Origin: Vicugna vicugna
Lineage: Eukaryota
Direction: 5' to 3'
Length of the DNA: 64,000 nt
Assembly: GCA_013265495.1 (NCBI GenBank)
Contig: MU058824.1
Location: 2,693,111 to 2,757,110, forward strand
Numbering within the stretch: position 1 is the stretch's first letter; every line of letters starts with the position of its first letter. The notes under the pieces were generated by a model that did no database searches, was not told the origin of the DNA, and saw only the letters and a program-made list of their open reading frames with translations. Positions 37,425 to 49,645 of this stretch are shown in pieces. Both the position numbers and the translations under genes were made by a program.

Positions 37425-37560
37425 CATCAAAGATTGCACTGTGCCCATTTTACAGATAAAACAAAGGCTCAGAGAGCTTATATAAATTTCCCAAGGCCAC
37501 ACAGCTTGCAAGTGGCAGAAGCAAAATTCTGACTTCAATGCCCATTTCCTTTCCGCTGCT
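37425..37560 (-). mobile_element. MIR
   Basis: cccattttacagataaaacaaaggctcagagag...cccaaggccacacagcttgcaagtggcaga. Confidence 0.8.
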
Positions 37561-38392
37561 GTGATTCCTCTGAAGGAAGTTTTCCCAGAGGAACTGATAT
37601 TTGAGTATTAAAAAAAATGAAAAGACGTTCCTTTTCAGAGGTTAGGGAGAAGGAAGAAATGCCAAGCAAAGGGAACAGCACATGCTAAAGCACAGAGCCA
37701 GCAACGATGGAATGAGCTGTCCAGGGTTGGGGTGGGGGAGAAGTTGTGAAGCTCTGGGTTTCTGAAGTTTCCTCCAGTAGAGGAGGATGTGGTGGAGGCC
37801 ATGAAGGTAGATCAGATGGAACACTCAGTGATTCTGTCCTGTTCTCTGCCCTTCCTGAAGTTGAATCCTCACAGCAAAGAGGAATCAGAACTATCCTGTC
37901 TCATCTTCTGGGACATGGTCTGCTAGTCCTTGTGAGTCTTTTGTTTCCGTTTGACCTACACTCTGGTTACTTGCTGGAACCTCTCTTCATCCCTTTCTCC
38001 ACTGTACTCTAGACCCTAGAGATTTATGTTTGTTAAAGGGTATTTGGTTTTTAAATCAACAAAAGGGAGAATCAGGATAGGGAAGAAAATCTCTCACACC
38101 CTGACCCCAAACTACTCACCAGGGCTTGCTTTATGGACTGCAGATTAGGTAAAATCTGGATGGGACTAGATTCTGGTTTGGGAGGAGTTCCCAGTCTGGT
38201 TGGGGAGACAGATAGCCAAATTCAACATCACTGACAAGCGGGTCAGGGCTTGGGTCAGTGGCAATACCAAGGGATGGCTTGTAGAGGAAGGTTTTAGCCC
38301 CTTCATAATCCCTACCAGGCCCTTCCCATTCTTTGATGGTCTTTCAGTTTTTACAAATTGTGTTCAAGTATTTTTTGTTAGATAAAATCATC

Positions 38393-38956
38393 TGTGATGG
38401 CCAGAGTTGAAAATGACCCTCAATGACACTCACCCTTGTATAATCCCCTCCCCTTTGAGAGAGGATGGAACCTGTGAATAGGATATTGCCCTGCGATTAT
38501 GTTACATTATATGGCAAAAGAGAGATTATTCTGGGTGGTCCTGACTTCATCAGGAGATCCCTTTAAAACCAGAGTGTTTTCTCTGGGTGGTCACAGAGGG
38601 AGAAAAACAGTAAGACATGTTCCTGCTGGCCTAGAAGAAAGCAAACCGCTGTGCTGTGATCTCCAGTTGCTGACAGCAGCCCCAGATGATAGCCAGAGAG
38701 AAACGCAGTTCTCAGTCTTACAGTCTCAGAGACTCAAATTTGGCCAATGACCTGAACGCACTCAGAAGTGGATTCTTCCCCCAGAGCCTTCCCCTAGAGC
38801 CTGGCTGACACCAGGATTCCAGCAGACCCTGAGCAGAGAATCCAGCTGCACTATGCTGGGAATTCTGGCCTGCAGAATGGTGACTCCATAAACATGTGCT
38901 GCATTAAGCTGATACATTTGTGGTGAGTTGTTATGCAGGAATAGAAAGTCAATACA
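38393..38956 (+). mobile_element. MLT1E-type MaLR solo LTR
   Basis: tgtgatggcc...aaaatgaccctcaatga...tataatcccctcccctttgag...gtggattcttcccccagagcct...tttgtggtgagttgttatgcaggaatagaaagtcaataca. Confidence 0.85.
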
Positions 38957-38959
38957 ATG

Positions 38960-39260
38960 ATACTCATACAGATATAAAAAGAACATGTGTCAAATACTTT
39001 AACTCATTAATTAATGAGGGACTCTAAGCTTTTGCAACAGGTTCAAAGGAGGACTCACAGAACTGCACATATAGGCAATCAAGAATGTTGAAATAAATAC
39101 AAAAGTAGTCACTACCTATAGAGCAATCCTCACTGCAACGCCAGTGGACAAAATTCATTTGCATTTCTACGGACGGGAATCGTGCATTACTATCAGTTTT
39201 CTATAATTTATAAAGTGGTAAGATTCCTCAAAAACAATGAAAAGAGCAGAATGCCTGAAA
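38960..39260. mobile_element. Probable hAT DNA transposon fragment
   Basis: caaatactttaactcattaattaatgaggg...ggttcaaaggagg...ataggcaatcaagaatgttgaaat resembles an ancient hAT element as recalled; subfamily uncertain. Confidence 0.4.
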
Positions 39261-40854
39261 GAAAGGGTAGGACAACCAATAATCTTTTCTGTCTAGTTTA
39301 AAAGACTTTCACGGTTTTTCCTTGTAGGTGGTATGGAAATGCAGCTTCAAGACAGGCCACCACTGACACATGCATCCCTCCCCACCACTAAATCCTGTCA
39401 CATAGAGATAGTAGAGTGGCCGCAGGCTGGGATTCAGTGAGACTAAGGGCTGGAGGGGCTCAGCCAGCCTTGACCGTTTACAAGTCCTTTTGTATCTGTT
39501 ACCTGGCTCATGATTCCGTCTTCTAACAAGACTCCTGTGTGGAAGGTAGAACAGATAACAGTTACCCTATCATGTCGCTAAGGAAACTGAGGCCCAGAGA
39601 GGAGGAGTATTGTGCCTAGAGTCACTCAGGGAGTCAGTGACCCTGGATCCCCTGCCTTCCCATTTCGGGCTGGTCTCCTCCACCCCCACCCCCTTATTCT
39701 CAGATAGGTGAACTCTGTCCCCCATTCCCTGCCCTCCTTTGTGCTGGATCAGCCTCCCCTCCACACTGCAGGGCGTGGCACCTGATCTGAGGATTGGCTA
39801 CCACCCCAGATACCCTGTGTCCAGTCTGCAGATGCAGTCCCAGGCCTCTGTGGAGCCTATCTGACCCAGCACCCCCTCCCATGACCACCTTTGTGCACTG
39901 GGCACACCTCTGCCTGGGTTTCCTGCTTTCACTCTGGCAGGCTGACAGGCCCTAGAACAGTGCCCAGACCTGCTGTGTAAGGGCCACCTGCTCTGCCTCC
40001 CAGGCTGCCCACCCTGGCCACCCACCTCTGTTGATTTCCCATTGGCACATGGGCTGGAAGTCATCTGGGAGGCCAGGCACGCCAGTCTGCTGGAACCTCT
40101 TCCCAAACCCTCCTCCTGACCAGTGCCAGGCATTAGCGTGGGACAAGCCACCAAGGCCAGGTCAGGCAGCTGGCTGGCAAACTGGTCACCTGCTCGACTC
40201 ACAGAGTGTAAAGTTTTTGTTTTGCTTTGGCTTTTGTATCTCATTGCTGAGAGTCTTTGGAGAGAGGCAAGCCAACCCTGCATGGTTCAGACAGTCACTG
40301 AAGCCCAGAGAGGAGTTGGGCCCTATGAGGGCTGTGTTCATCGGCTGGGAGCCTGGCGGTTGGGGCTGGATCTGCCAGGTCCGGTGGGGGTTTAGTACTG
40401 ACCTGTCCTAATGGTCTACTCCTTGGGGGTCCCTGTGTGTGCAGATCACAGGGGAGTGAGGTGCAGGTTGATCAGGACGTTGGGATTTGCTAAAGAGGCA
40501 GAATGGTTGGAGAGTCCCAGTCTTGGACCTGAGGGTCAGCTCAGTTGTGTGACTTCAGCGTCTCAGTTTCCTGGCTCCTCTTCCCCTTTCCTGTCCCTGT
40601 GCCTTGTGCTCCAGTCCCATGAAGGAGCCACGTGCTGTTTCCCAGACACACGATGACGTTCTTCAACTCCACTGAGACTTCCCTTGTGCTCCTGCTGCCT
40701 AAGCTACCTTTCCAGCTCCTGCTTGTTTCAAGATTCAGATTTGTGGCTGTCCCCACCCTTCCTCCCTGCCTCGCTCCTGCTCCCTGCCAGTGGAATTCAC
40801 CTGCCTCTGCACCCCTCACCCTCTTCACAGCACCTGGGATACCTGCTTCCTTCC

Positions 40855-40985
40855 ATTATTCACCTGTGTACCCTTTAGCTTGTGAGCCCCTCAGATGTGG
40901 CAGCTGAGACTTCACCTCCACACCTGCATACCTGTGCAAGGTCAGGCACACAATCAGTGTTTGCTAAATGTTTGCTGAATAGGGG
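40855..40985 (+). mobile_element. L2 3' end
   Basis: tagcttgtgagcccctcag...ggcacacaatcagtgtttgctaaatgtttgctgaat. Confidence 0.65.
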
Positions 40986-41310
40986 CTACACTTAGAAAAC
41001 AAAAAGCGACAAATATCTTCAGTGATATTTAGTAAGGCTTTAGAAAGCATCAAATATATGTAATTAAGGAAAACCATGTGGAAATAATATAATTAAACTT
41101 GGAGATTTATCTTCATGTAAAATATCATAATATAGAAAATGATCTTAAAGGCTACTTAACAAGTTACTGATCTTAACACAGTGAAACCTCATTGTAAATA
41201 TTTTAAAATACATTCTACGTATTGAAATTGTAATAACTTTGTTAATGGTCCAGATGTTTCGGGCAATTCTTGGGCGTGAATATTCTTGAAATATTTAAAC
41301 TTTTTTTTCT

Positions 41311-41460
41311 CAGAGAGGGAAAAGGAAAGAAGAAAAGAGAAAAAAAGAAGAAAGGAAGGAAGGAAGGAAGAAAAGAGAAAAAAAGAAAGGAAGGAAGGAA
41401 GGAAGAAAAGAGGGGAGGAAGAAAAGAAGGGAGGAAGAAGGGAGGGAAAGAAGGAAAAGG
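41311..41460. repeat. GA-rich polypurine tract ((GGAA)n/(GAAA)n)
   Basis: About 150 nt of essentially only A and G. Confidence 0.95.
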
Positions 41461-44400
41461 TTGTCAAACAGCCCTTTGATTTCCTTCATGGGTTCATTAT
41501 ACTCATTTTACCATCGGAGCAAATGATGTCACCTCTCTGGGTCTCAGCTCCTCCATCAAAAGCTAGAACTAGGTGCTGTAGTGAGAGAAGTGCTGGGTGT
41601 TGGCGGAGGGCCATTGCATTATTTTTCAATTTCCCAGGATCCAGCAGTGGAGAGAAGCTTTCTCTTTTAGGGAGGACCCCAAGTTTATTAGCAATGAGAG
41701 AAATCTAGGACAAGGAGCATGGCCTAGAAGGGCTTTTGATACCACGTTGGCCTGAAGTCAGGAAAACTCTGGGTACTGACATTTGAAACCAAAGCTCTTC
41801 CTTCTCTGAACCTCAGTTTCCAAAAATGAAGGAATTGGACCCAATGAGTCTAAACTAACTTCCCACTTCCACAACCTGTGAACCCACCTCTGTAGGCTGA
41901 TGGTGAACAAACAAACAATCATGTCAAGGCCAGAGAAGTTTCCAGGGCCCAGCCTCTACAGGACACATCTCCCTCTTTCTCACAATTCCCCGAAAGCTGC
42001 AGAGCCAGACAGTGCAGCCAGCTGCTGGGGCCTCCGATTATCCTCTCTACACTTTGGATCTTTTTTGTTCTTTTGTGTCTGGAAATCATTCAGCTCATCT
42101 TTGACCTGTCGGCATGTTCCTCACATGTCAAAACAACTGTTAGAAAGCGAAATGGTTGGATCTAAGCAGCTGGGGAAGAGTTGTTTAATGTTGGAGACTC
42201 AAGAAGCGCACCCGCTGCTTTGTGTTTAAAGCATACCTGCGGGTTTTTATCCTTCCTAATTATAAAGGAGCTTAACAGTATCTCTGAAGCAAAGGGTGGG
42301 CAGGACAGCCAGAAGTCCTGAATTCGTGCTGTAGCACAACTGGAAAAGGGCAAGATGCTCTGCATGAGCACGTGAATGTTCAAACTGAAGAGCCAGGATT
42401 TACAGACCCGAGCCTTGGGAATGGTCCTGGGCAGTGCCCACTCTCACCACATCCACAACCTGGGGTGGGGTCACGTCCCTCGGACTTTTCACATGGGCTT
42501 ATGCTCAACTCCACCTCCTCCGTCCTGGGTGTTAGGTTTCTGTGAGGCAGTTTAGACTAAGAAGGCTAAGTGGGAGGGATGGTGGAGTGAAGGCCATGCT
42601 AAGGGGACCTCTTACAAGACCAATGTTTTGGTAAGTTTGGTGTGTAAGTATAAGCAGGACTCCTGAGGACTCAGGTGGGTTTTCCCTTTTTTGTGCCCAG
42701 GAGGCGAGGGGACAAATACCTCAGAGGCTGGTACTTGAAACCCTGTAACCCCTCAGGTGGCATGAGCTGCAACTTGCCTCTAGTCCCAGGTGAGGGGCAA
42801 AGTCCGGATGGCATCCCAGAGTCTGGCCTGGCCTGCTCCTCTCCCTGCCCCACCGTGCAGCCTCCTGGGGCTTCCTCTTCAAGCCTCAAGCCATGGCTGG
42901 AAGGAGCTCCTGAGGCAGAGGGAATGTCCTGTTACCTGCAGAAGCCTAGAATCTTGGGTCTTTGGGAGGAGCTAAGGAATAAGGAGACTCCTTGGGCCAA
43001 GAAACAGACCAAGCAGACACATGTCCAAGGGCTGGTGAGGATGCCACATGTCTTGGATCAAATGCAAATTTCATGAGATCTCTGTGGTCCACTGATTGAT
43101 TGGCAAATGCTGACCCTGGCAGGGTGCATAGGGCCAAGTAGAGGCCCCGGAGGTGGGGGACCCGGGTACCTGTGATGGTTCTCTCTGCCCCAGCCTCTGC
43201 CTGTTCAGTGATGAATACCTACTCTATGCCGAGGGCTTTCACAGGCATTGTCTCATTATATCCCAGCACTGTGTGCTCCCTGCTCCATCCCCAGTCCTTC
43301 TCTGGGCCCAGGATGTGGACGTGCACAATGGAGTACTCCTTAAGCCCCTCGCATCATATCCAAGAACCACCCTGCCAGCTAGAGGCTGGCTACTTACTTT
43401 GAGATCAGGCAGCTGAGGCCCTGAGAGTGTAACTACATGCATTCCAAGTGCTGCAGCCAGGGCTCAAACCCAGGTCTGTCTGAGTCTCGACCTGTCTTAC
43501 TGATTTGTGGTCAGTAGGGAGAGGATGCCTGGAGAAACCCCCCAGGGTGCCGGGAGCAAAGCAGACCCTTTATCTTCTCAGGGTGCCCATACTGAGAGCA
43601 CTAAGCAAGGTGTGGCAGGGGTGGGTGGGGTCAGACTGCTCTGGCACTGCCGCCAACAGCGTTAGCGAGCCAACCCCAATTGTGAGTCAACGAGCCGCCA
43701 CGTTAGCTGCTAGGACTAGAATGCCAAGCTGCAAGAAGGAAAGAGTGAGTACTGGACTTCAAGCATCAAGAGAAGTGGACAGAGCAACCCTCTGCCCAGC
43801 TCCCCCAGGGGTCCACCCTCTGATGGCACAACCCACTGTCACTCTGGCCCTTAACCCATGAGGAACCTCTCCTGGAGCTGCATACCACAGTCAACCAGGC
43901 TAAACCCTCACTCTGATCGGGGTGGCAAGCTGCCCAGACCCCTGCCCAACACCACAAAGAGAGAAATCTTGGTGAATGGGAGCTAGGTGGGACCTGACGG
44001 GGGCAGTCCTAAGCAGGAGTTGAACAGAGGAGGCTGGCCAGGCAGCCCAGACAGGGGGCTGCTGGAACCCTCCCAAAAGCTCAGGCTGCTCATAGGAGCT
44101 GAGGACTCTCACACAATGCTAGTGGGAGAAGGAAGACAGGGGGGTGTTGAAGACTCTAGAACCAACCATGGGAACCCAGGTGGCCATGTAAAAGGAGCTT
44201 CAGGCAGGTATTCCTCATCTGGAAGTTGATCTCTGACATCCAAGGTTCTGGAGCCTGGAGATCAACAAGGTCCAGGAAAGGTTCATCGGAAAAGCCCCAG
44301 GGTCCAGGGTGGATGCCCAGCCACACCCACTATTCTGCTGCAGAAGTGGGGGTGATGGCAGCACAAAGGACATCTGTGACTCATCAGGAACCCACAGATT

Positions 44401-44964
44401 GGTGGAGCACATCAAAGAAACCCTATGCAAACCCAGGACTTGTGGACAGCATGGACATGGTGAGCCTTGGTGTGGATGCTCTCAGCCAGGGAAGGGCTGG
44501 GCCCAAGCAGGGCAACAGTGTCACTAATTCCCAAGTGTCTTCCTAAATAGCTTCTACTCATCCAAGGGACTTGTTACTAAGACTTCCGCTTGTGATAGGT
44601 AAAGCCAAGGGCATAATTTGGAATGCAAAATTTGAGACTAAAAGAACAAAATTTCTCCACATAAGAAAGCAATGAGAATTTCCCAAGTACTGCGAGTGTG
44701 GAGAAGAGGGAAGGACTCAGGGAAGAGAAGTGGATCCTATCAACAGGGCAGTAGGTAGAAGCCAAGGAGAGAGACAGCTTGAAAGGGCCTCCCTGGGGGC
44801 AGGAATGGTCAGTGAACCTGAGCACAGTAACGTCTGGCAGGCAATTTAAAGTTGTTTCTTGTTCTATGATGTCCCTTCAGCTTTTGTGCTAATGGTGCTT
44901 TGAGGAATGAGAGAGATGGGGTACGGGGGACTGGAGTGGTCCAAAGAGCAGGATGGAGACCTGG

Positions 44965-45433
44965 TGTGATGGTCAACTTTACATGTCAACTTGAATAGGC
45001 CACAGTACTCAGATCCAACACTGTGTGGGTGTTTTTAAGGTGAGTTAACATTTAAATCAGTAGACTTTGATTGAAGCAGATTAGCCTCCACATGATGGGT
45101 GGGCTTCATCTTAACAGTAGAATACCTTAAGAAAAAGATGACCCTCCCTTGAGAGGTGAGGGAATTCTGACCGCAAACTACCTCCTGATTTAAACTAGAA
45201 CTCATCATGGATCTTAGCCTGCCGGGCCCACCCTGCAGGTTGTGGACTTGCCAGCGTCCACAATCATGTGAGCGAATTCCTTAAGATAAATCTCTCCCTC
45301 TCTCTCCACACTCCCACATGTGCATATATGTGTGTGTATATATGTGTGTGTATGTATGTGTGTGTATATATATATATATACGCATAGACACATCCTACGG
45401 GTTTTGTTTTTCCAGAGAACCCTGACTAATTCA
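44965..45433 (+). mobile_element. MLT2-type ERV-L solo LTR with internal (TG/TA)n
   Basis: tgtgatggtcaactttacatgtcaacttg...taacatttaaatcagtagactttga...ccacaatcatgtgagcgaattcctta...gttttgtttttccagagaaccctgactaattca. Confidence 0.9.
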
Positions 45434-46904
45434 AGGAGTAGAGGTAACCAGAGGGGGGCCAAGTGGATGCTATCATGGAAATTTGGAACCAAGGGTGGCA
45501 GGGAAAGGCAAGCACATGTTAAGTCCCCCATTGAACATACAAAAATCTTAAGAAATATTCAGGAGGAGACTGAATTTCTTATAGAAGGGAGGCCAGAGGT
45601 GCATGAAGAAGGTTCAGTGCAGGGAACACAAACCACTCTAGGCAGGAAGTGGCATCCTAGGCAGGAAGGGATTTGACCAGGGCAGGGGCACTTAGCCAGC
45701 CACTGGGAGGGCCACAGGAGTGGGTTCGGGCCAGCCTCCAGGAAGAATCCTTAAGACAACACAGACCCAATGCCCAGGGGTTACTAAAGCCTTGGAGACA
45801 CCACCAGATTCTGCTTATATTAAAAAGTTGAGATGTCCCTGCTGCCACCACTGATGCAGAAGGCCCTGTGTACTAGAGATCTGGAGAGCAGACAGGGCAT
45901 GCAGCTTCTGGGAGACCGCAGGTTTCCTAATCTCGTTGGCCAAGAGAACAGCAAGGAGGGGCCTGGGAAATGGAGGATGTGTGCTCTGACTTCCAGAACT
46001 CATACAGATGTTCCAAATGGATGGCACCTACTTAACATCCGTAACGCTCACCACAAGAGGGTGGGAAAATGGTCTTAACCTGTCCAGATCCACCAACTAG
46101 AAGGACAGGAGTCTGCAGGACTCTCCAGGGAACTGTTCTGGGGATGTGGAGGCTCTGAGGGTACACATCCAGAGAAGAGAGGCCCCTGCTGATGAGTGCT
46201 ATCCAAGAACACATGGCAATCCGCGACAGGGTGCATAAGCCAGGACTCAGCTATGCCTGCCTTCCTAGGTGCAGGGCACAACGGAGCACAGCTGGTTGGA
46301 GTGAGAAAATGTGTCAAAGATGAAGAGCTGTGGAGGGAGTCGGGGAATTTTACTCCAAATGCAGTTGAGATCATATCTTGGCTTTGTTCCCCACGAATGC
46401 ACAGTTATTTGTATTTCAGCATAAAATTCTAGCTCCCAGGACCTGGTTAACAAAGGCAGCAAGACGCATTCCCCCAGAGGCCAGCCAGATGGAAAGCCCA
46501 ACGGAATCTCACTTTGAAGTGTTCTGTGTTATCTGACTCATTTGCAAAAGAAATGAGCTTTATGGGATGTTCAAATGTTTCCAGACATAACCAGTTGCCC
46601 CCAAGCGAGAATAAAGTTATAATCTCTCCTTCACCTTGTGCGTGTGCAGGCGGGCGCCGATGTACACAGGCTGTTAGAATCAAAATATGTCTCCTCCTCA
46701 GGCTCTGCAGGAGGCAGGCGGGAGGGGGAATCAAAATAAAAACACCTCGGATCAAGAAATGATGGATTTGTTTTTCACCCACTTTGACAGAACCACTGTA
46801 TGGTCAGTCTAATGAATTACACCCTCATTTGTCATTAGGATCATGCAAATTAGTCGACCAGATACGCTGGGTCATACAGCTTCTAGGGCTCTGTGGTGTC
46901 TGGG

Positions 46905-47060
46905 GATGAGCACAGACAGATTTGGATTCAGATCTCAGCCCTGATGATTTTCAGGTTTCTAACCCCAGGGAAGTAGCTTCTGCCCTCTGAGCCTCAGTTT
47001 CCTTCCCTATAAAATAAGCATTAAAATGTCGATGCCACAGCATGGTTCTGAGGAGGGTGT
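46905..47060 (+). mobile_element. MIR
   Basis: tttggattcagatctcagccctg...ccctctgagcctcagtttccttccctataaaat. Confidence 0.75.
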
Positions 47061-47514
47061 GAAGGGGATTCAGAAACCACAAAGGGTGACCCTAACTCCC
47101 TGAATGTGAGGAGTGACGTCCCTCTTCTTGCCTCTGCTTATGCTGCGCCCTCTGCTCAGAATGCCTTCTCCTGCTTATCCTTGCCAGCATCCACTGTTAT
47201 CCTTTTTGGGGGGTGGAGCCTGAGTGGTCATTGCCCACTGCTGATTTGGGAGGTGGAAAATGGTGTGGAGGCTTGGTTTTGTTCACTTCTCAGCATCTCA
47301 GATCACCTGGGAGATTAGAGCTGAAAGTGCCTCAGGGATCTTTCAGTCCAACTCATCACTGATGACACAGGAAGATGGAGGCCTGAAAGGCCAATGTGTA
47401 CGCCCCACCTGTGCCAGGCACCTCAGGGGGGTGGGTGGAGAAGCCCTGTGGCACCCAGGCCACTTGGCGGTGCCCACGTTGGCAAAGGTTGTGGGCCCCT
47501 TCTGTTTTCCTCAT

Positions 47515-47905
47515 TGTATTAGTCAGGGTTCTCCTGAGAAACAGAACCTGAAGGTTGGATATTATGAAGACTGGAAAATCCAGACTGCAGAGCCGATGTC
47601 TTAGTTCAAATCCCAAGGCCAGTACTCTGCTGCAGAACCAGGAAGAGCTGATGTTCCAGTTCAAAGGCCCTCTGGCAGAATTCTTCCTCACTCAGGGGAG
47701 GGCTCGCCTTTTTTTTCTAATCATGCCTTCCACTGAGCAGACGAGGCCGCCACATTAGAAAGGGCAATCTGCTTGACTCAGTCTAGTGATTTAAACGTTA
47801 ACCTCATCCAAAAGTACCCTCTCAAAAACACCCAGAATTATGTTTGACCAAATGTCTGGGCCCTCCATGGCCCAAGCAAGTTGATGCATAAAATTAACCA
47901 TCATC
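47515..47905 (-). mobile_element. MLT2-type ERV-L solo LTR
   Basis: tgtattagtcagggttctcc...aaacacccagaattatgtttgaccaaatgtctggg...aagttgatgcataaaattaaccatca. Confidence 0.9.
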
Positions 47906-48519
47906 CTCAGGACAGTTGAAAATCTTTTCAATAGCTAAGTCAGCAGGAGTGTGTCTATGAGATGGATATTTAAAACACAAAGCAGTTTGGAAAGAGCTGG
48001 TTTGGACTTCTTAAAAAATTTAAATATTTCTAGGAGATTTCTGGTTACAAATGGCACTTGGGGAGTACTCCCCCATTCCACCCCCCACCATGTTTTCACT
48101 AATACAATGATGAAAGCAGAGCACTGAAAATCACAAATGCACAGAAGACAAAGTAGACAGAAACTTACTTTCCAAATCTGAGAGAACATGCAACTAATGA
48201 TAAGACAGGTAAAGCAGATGGCGAGAAACCTTCACAGGTTCATCTCAGGGAACACAGAATTACTTAAAACAGACAGGAAGCCCCTTCGAACCTTCTCCGC
48301 CATCTGACCCTTGAAAAACCTACAGTCACACAAGAGCAGTGAGGGTGCCACAACTTCAGTGCCCACCCCACAGACACCGTTTTCCTATTTAATTTGTGCC
48401 CAGAATCTCAAGGAAAACAGCCTTGTAAATCTCAGGCGAGATTAAAGCAACAATGAGATATTATTCACACTCACCAGATTAGCGGGAGAAGCCTGACAAT
48501 ATCAAGCATTGGGAGCATA

Positions 48520-49645
48520 TGACCTCACCAGTAACCTTCCCACCTTGAAGGCTAGCGGTAAATCCTCTGTCATCTTCCATGACTTATCAAAAGCACTTGA
48601 CAGTTGAATGGTCCCACCTCTTGGAAAGGCTTTCTTCATCTGGCCTCCTGGAATCTCCACTCTCCAGGTTTCCCCCTGCTGGATGCAGCTTCTCAATCTT
48701 CTTTTCTGGTTCCTCTTCTTCCCCTGTTGGTTACCACTGATGTACCCCAGGGCCCAGTCCTTGGACATTTTCTCTTCACTTTCCACACTGAGATGAACTT
48801 CCTGGTCTCACAGACTTAATACCATCTAGTTGCTAATGTCAAATTGACATCAACACCAAAACTTTCCCCTAAACCCCAGGCTTGGATTTATAACAGCCAA
48901 CTCAGCATCTCCATTTGGATATCTAAGAGTTGTCTCAAAGTCTAATTCCAATACCGATGTCCCAGTCATCCCCCAAATTGTGCTACACGCAGTTCTCCCT
49001 CTGTCAGTAAATGGCAGCTCCATCTTCCAGTGGCTCAGGCCAGTGACCTTAGACTCGACCTGGACTCCTTGTAGCAAATCTTGTTGGCTCTCCTTTCTGC
49101 ATAGATCCCAGATTTGATTTCGTCTCATCACCTTCGTTGCTATCACCCAAGTCCAAGCTACCATCTTTTCTTGCCTGGAACATAGCCACAGCCTGTCGTC
49201 TAGTCTCCCTCCTTCTCCCCTAGTCTCCCTACAGCCACCCAGTGATCCTCTTCAAACATAAGTCAGATCATGGCACTTTTTTGCTCATAACCATTCATGC
49301 CTGTCATTTCACTCAAAGTTCAACACAAGGTCACTGCAGCTGGCTCTGTGACCTCTCTAACTATACCTCCTCCTTCTACTCTAACCACACTGGTGTCTCT
49401 GCTGTACTTTGAACCCTCCAGACACTCCCATCTCAAGACCTTCACCTTTGCAGCACCCCAGATATCCACATGGCATACTCCTTCACTTCTGCTCAACATC
49501 ACCTTCTCAGTGGGGCCCTGACCACACATCTCAGCTCACTCCTTATTTTTCTTGCTCTGCCTTATTTCTCTTTACAGCATTTCTCACTTTCAAATGTACT
49601 AGGAAATGTATTTATTCATCTTGTTTATTGTCTGTCTCCCTGCTG
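48520..49645 (+). mobile_element. Long L2 fragment
   Basis: gacttatcaaaagcacttgacagttga; ccccagggcccagtccttggac; tcagcatctccatttggatatct; cagtaaatggcagctccatc; aaacataagtcagatcatggcact. Confidence 0.85.

Noticed and set aside
41189..41708. Lys/Arg/Glu-rich ORFs
   Set aside because: Translation of the GA-rich simple repeat.
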